Assembly: GCA_963797625.1 (NCBI GenBank)
Contig: CAWCQI010000038.1
Coordinates: 34,009-98,008 of the forward strand
DNA: 64,000 bases
From: an uncultured Acidobacteriota bacterium
Lineage (GTDB): Bacteria > Acidobacteriota > Vicinamibacteria > Vicinamibacterales > 2-12-FULL-66-21
Direction: 5' to 3'
The notes below the pieces were generated by a model. It had not been told where the DNA came from. It ran no database searches and saw only the letters and a program-made list of their open reading frames with translations. Within the stretch, counting starts at the first letter, position 1. Each line of letters begins with the position of its first letter. Both the position numbers and the translations under genes were made by a program. Shown here piece by piece: positions 63,801-64,000 of this stretch.

Positions 63801-64000
63801 GGAGGCATTGGAAGCGGTCGAGCAACTGCGGGCGCTCGCGCCTGGCGTGGCGGGGTTGGAGCAACTCGCGACGGCCGCCGCGGACGGGCTCAAAGCGCAG
63901 CGCGCCGCGGAAGAGGCGCGTCGACAGGCAGAAATCGCGCGTCAGGAAATGGACAAGACGCTGGCTCGAGCCGCCAAGCGGCTACGCCGGCGCGACTACA
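60887..64000 (+). CDS. Caspase-family (C14) protease with EF-hand-like loop, helical repeat stalk and TPR-like repeats; over 1000 aa, runs off the window; frameshifts near 60929 and 63660
   Basis: Manual translation: KLALIIGNSQY, LYFSGHG (His codon 61131), LVLDCCHSGAF (Cys codons 61278-61283), SLFTHYMIEGLRTGAADRDEDGLITIDELYDYV, QTP; later ALEIEPQH, ALGLDPEH, LLGLDPNH, VLRRDPGN. Confidence 0.9.
61968..62207 (+). repeat. Coding 15-bp tandem repeat, 16 units encoding (V/I/L)EA(A/E)R
   Basis: 240 bp of GTCGARGCGGCGCGN variants in frame within the caspase gene. Confidence 0.92.

Noticed and set aside
1-64000. Prophage, integrative element or IS
   Set aside because: No integrase, transposase, phage structural genes or evident compositional break seen

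Overview
GC-rich bacterial chromosomal window with about 40 genes. The gene content (three orphan duplicated ABC permeases of ADOP type with PadR regulators, a VPS10/BNR protein, many secreted peptidases with GGRGG linkers) points to Acidobacteriota, probably Vicinamibacterales; this is inference. Many ordinary genes are split by single-base indels, which looks like sequencing or assembly error rather than pseudogenisation, so genes are reported stitched. In order: a three-gene metalloprotease cluster without signal peptides; an M23 peptidase; a roughly 2,900-aa cyclic beta-1,2-glucan synthase; an M16 pair, VPS10, PepSY-TM and DoxX operon; a YdbS/YdbT-like pair; a RodZ-like protein; a hybrid kinase with a REC-PP2C partner; DPP-IV; GNAT; PadR/ADOP modules; a MocR regulator; an M19 dipeptidase; DUF3999/DUF2339; udk. 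Most notable is the last 12 kb. It holds (i) a six-gene cluster of a membrane coiled-coil protein, AAA+ ATPase, PspA/ESCRT-III, solute-binding/OmpA fusion, Tat flavin amine oxidase and membrane vWA protein, and (ii) an EACC1-like protein followed by a large caspase-TPR protein that the ORF track misses and that carries 16 tandem (V/I)EAAR repeats. Intergenic DNA carries several palindrome families: 7-mer-armed hairpins, 9-mer-armed hairpins, and a composite element of about 490 bp with a near-perfect four-way-junction core. I saw no rRNA, tRNA, CRISPR array, transposase or integrase.
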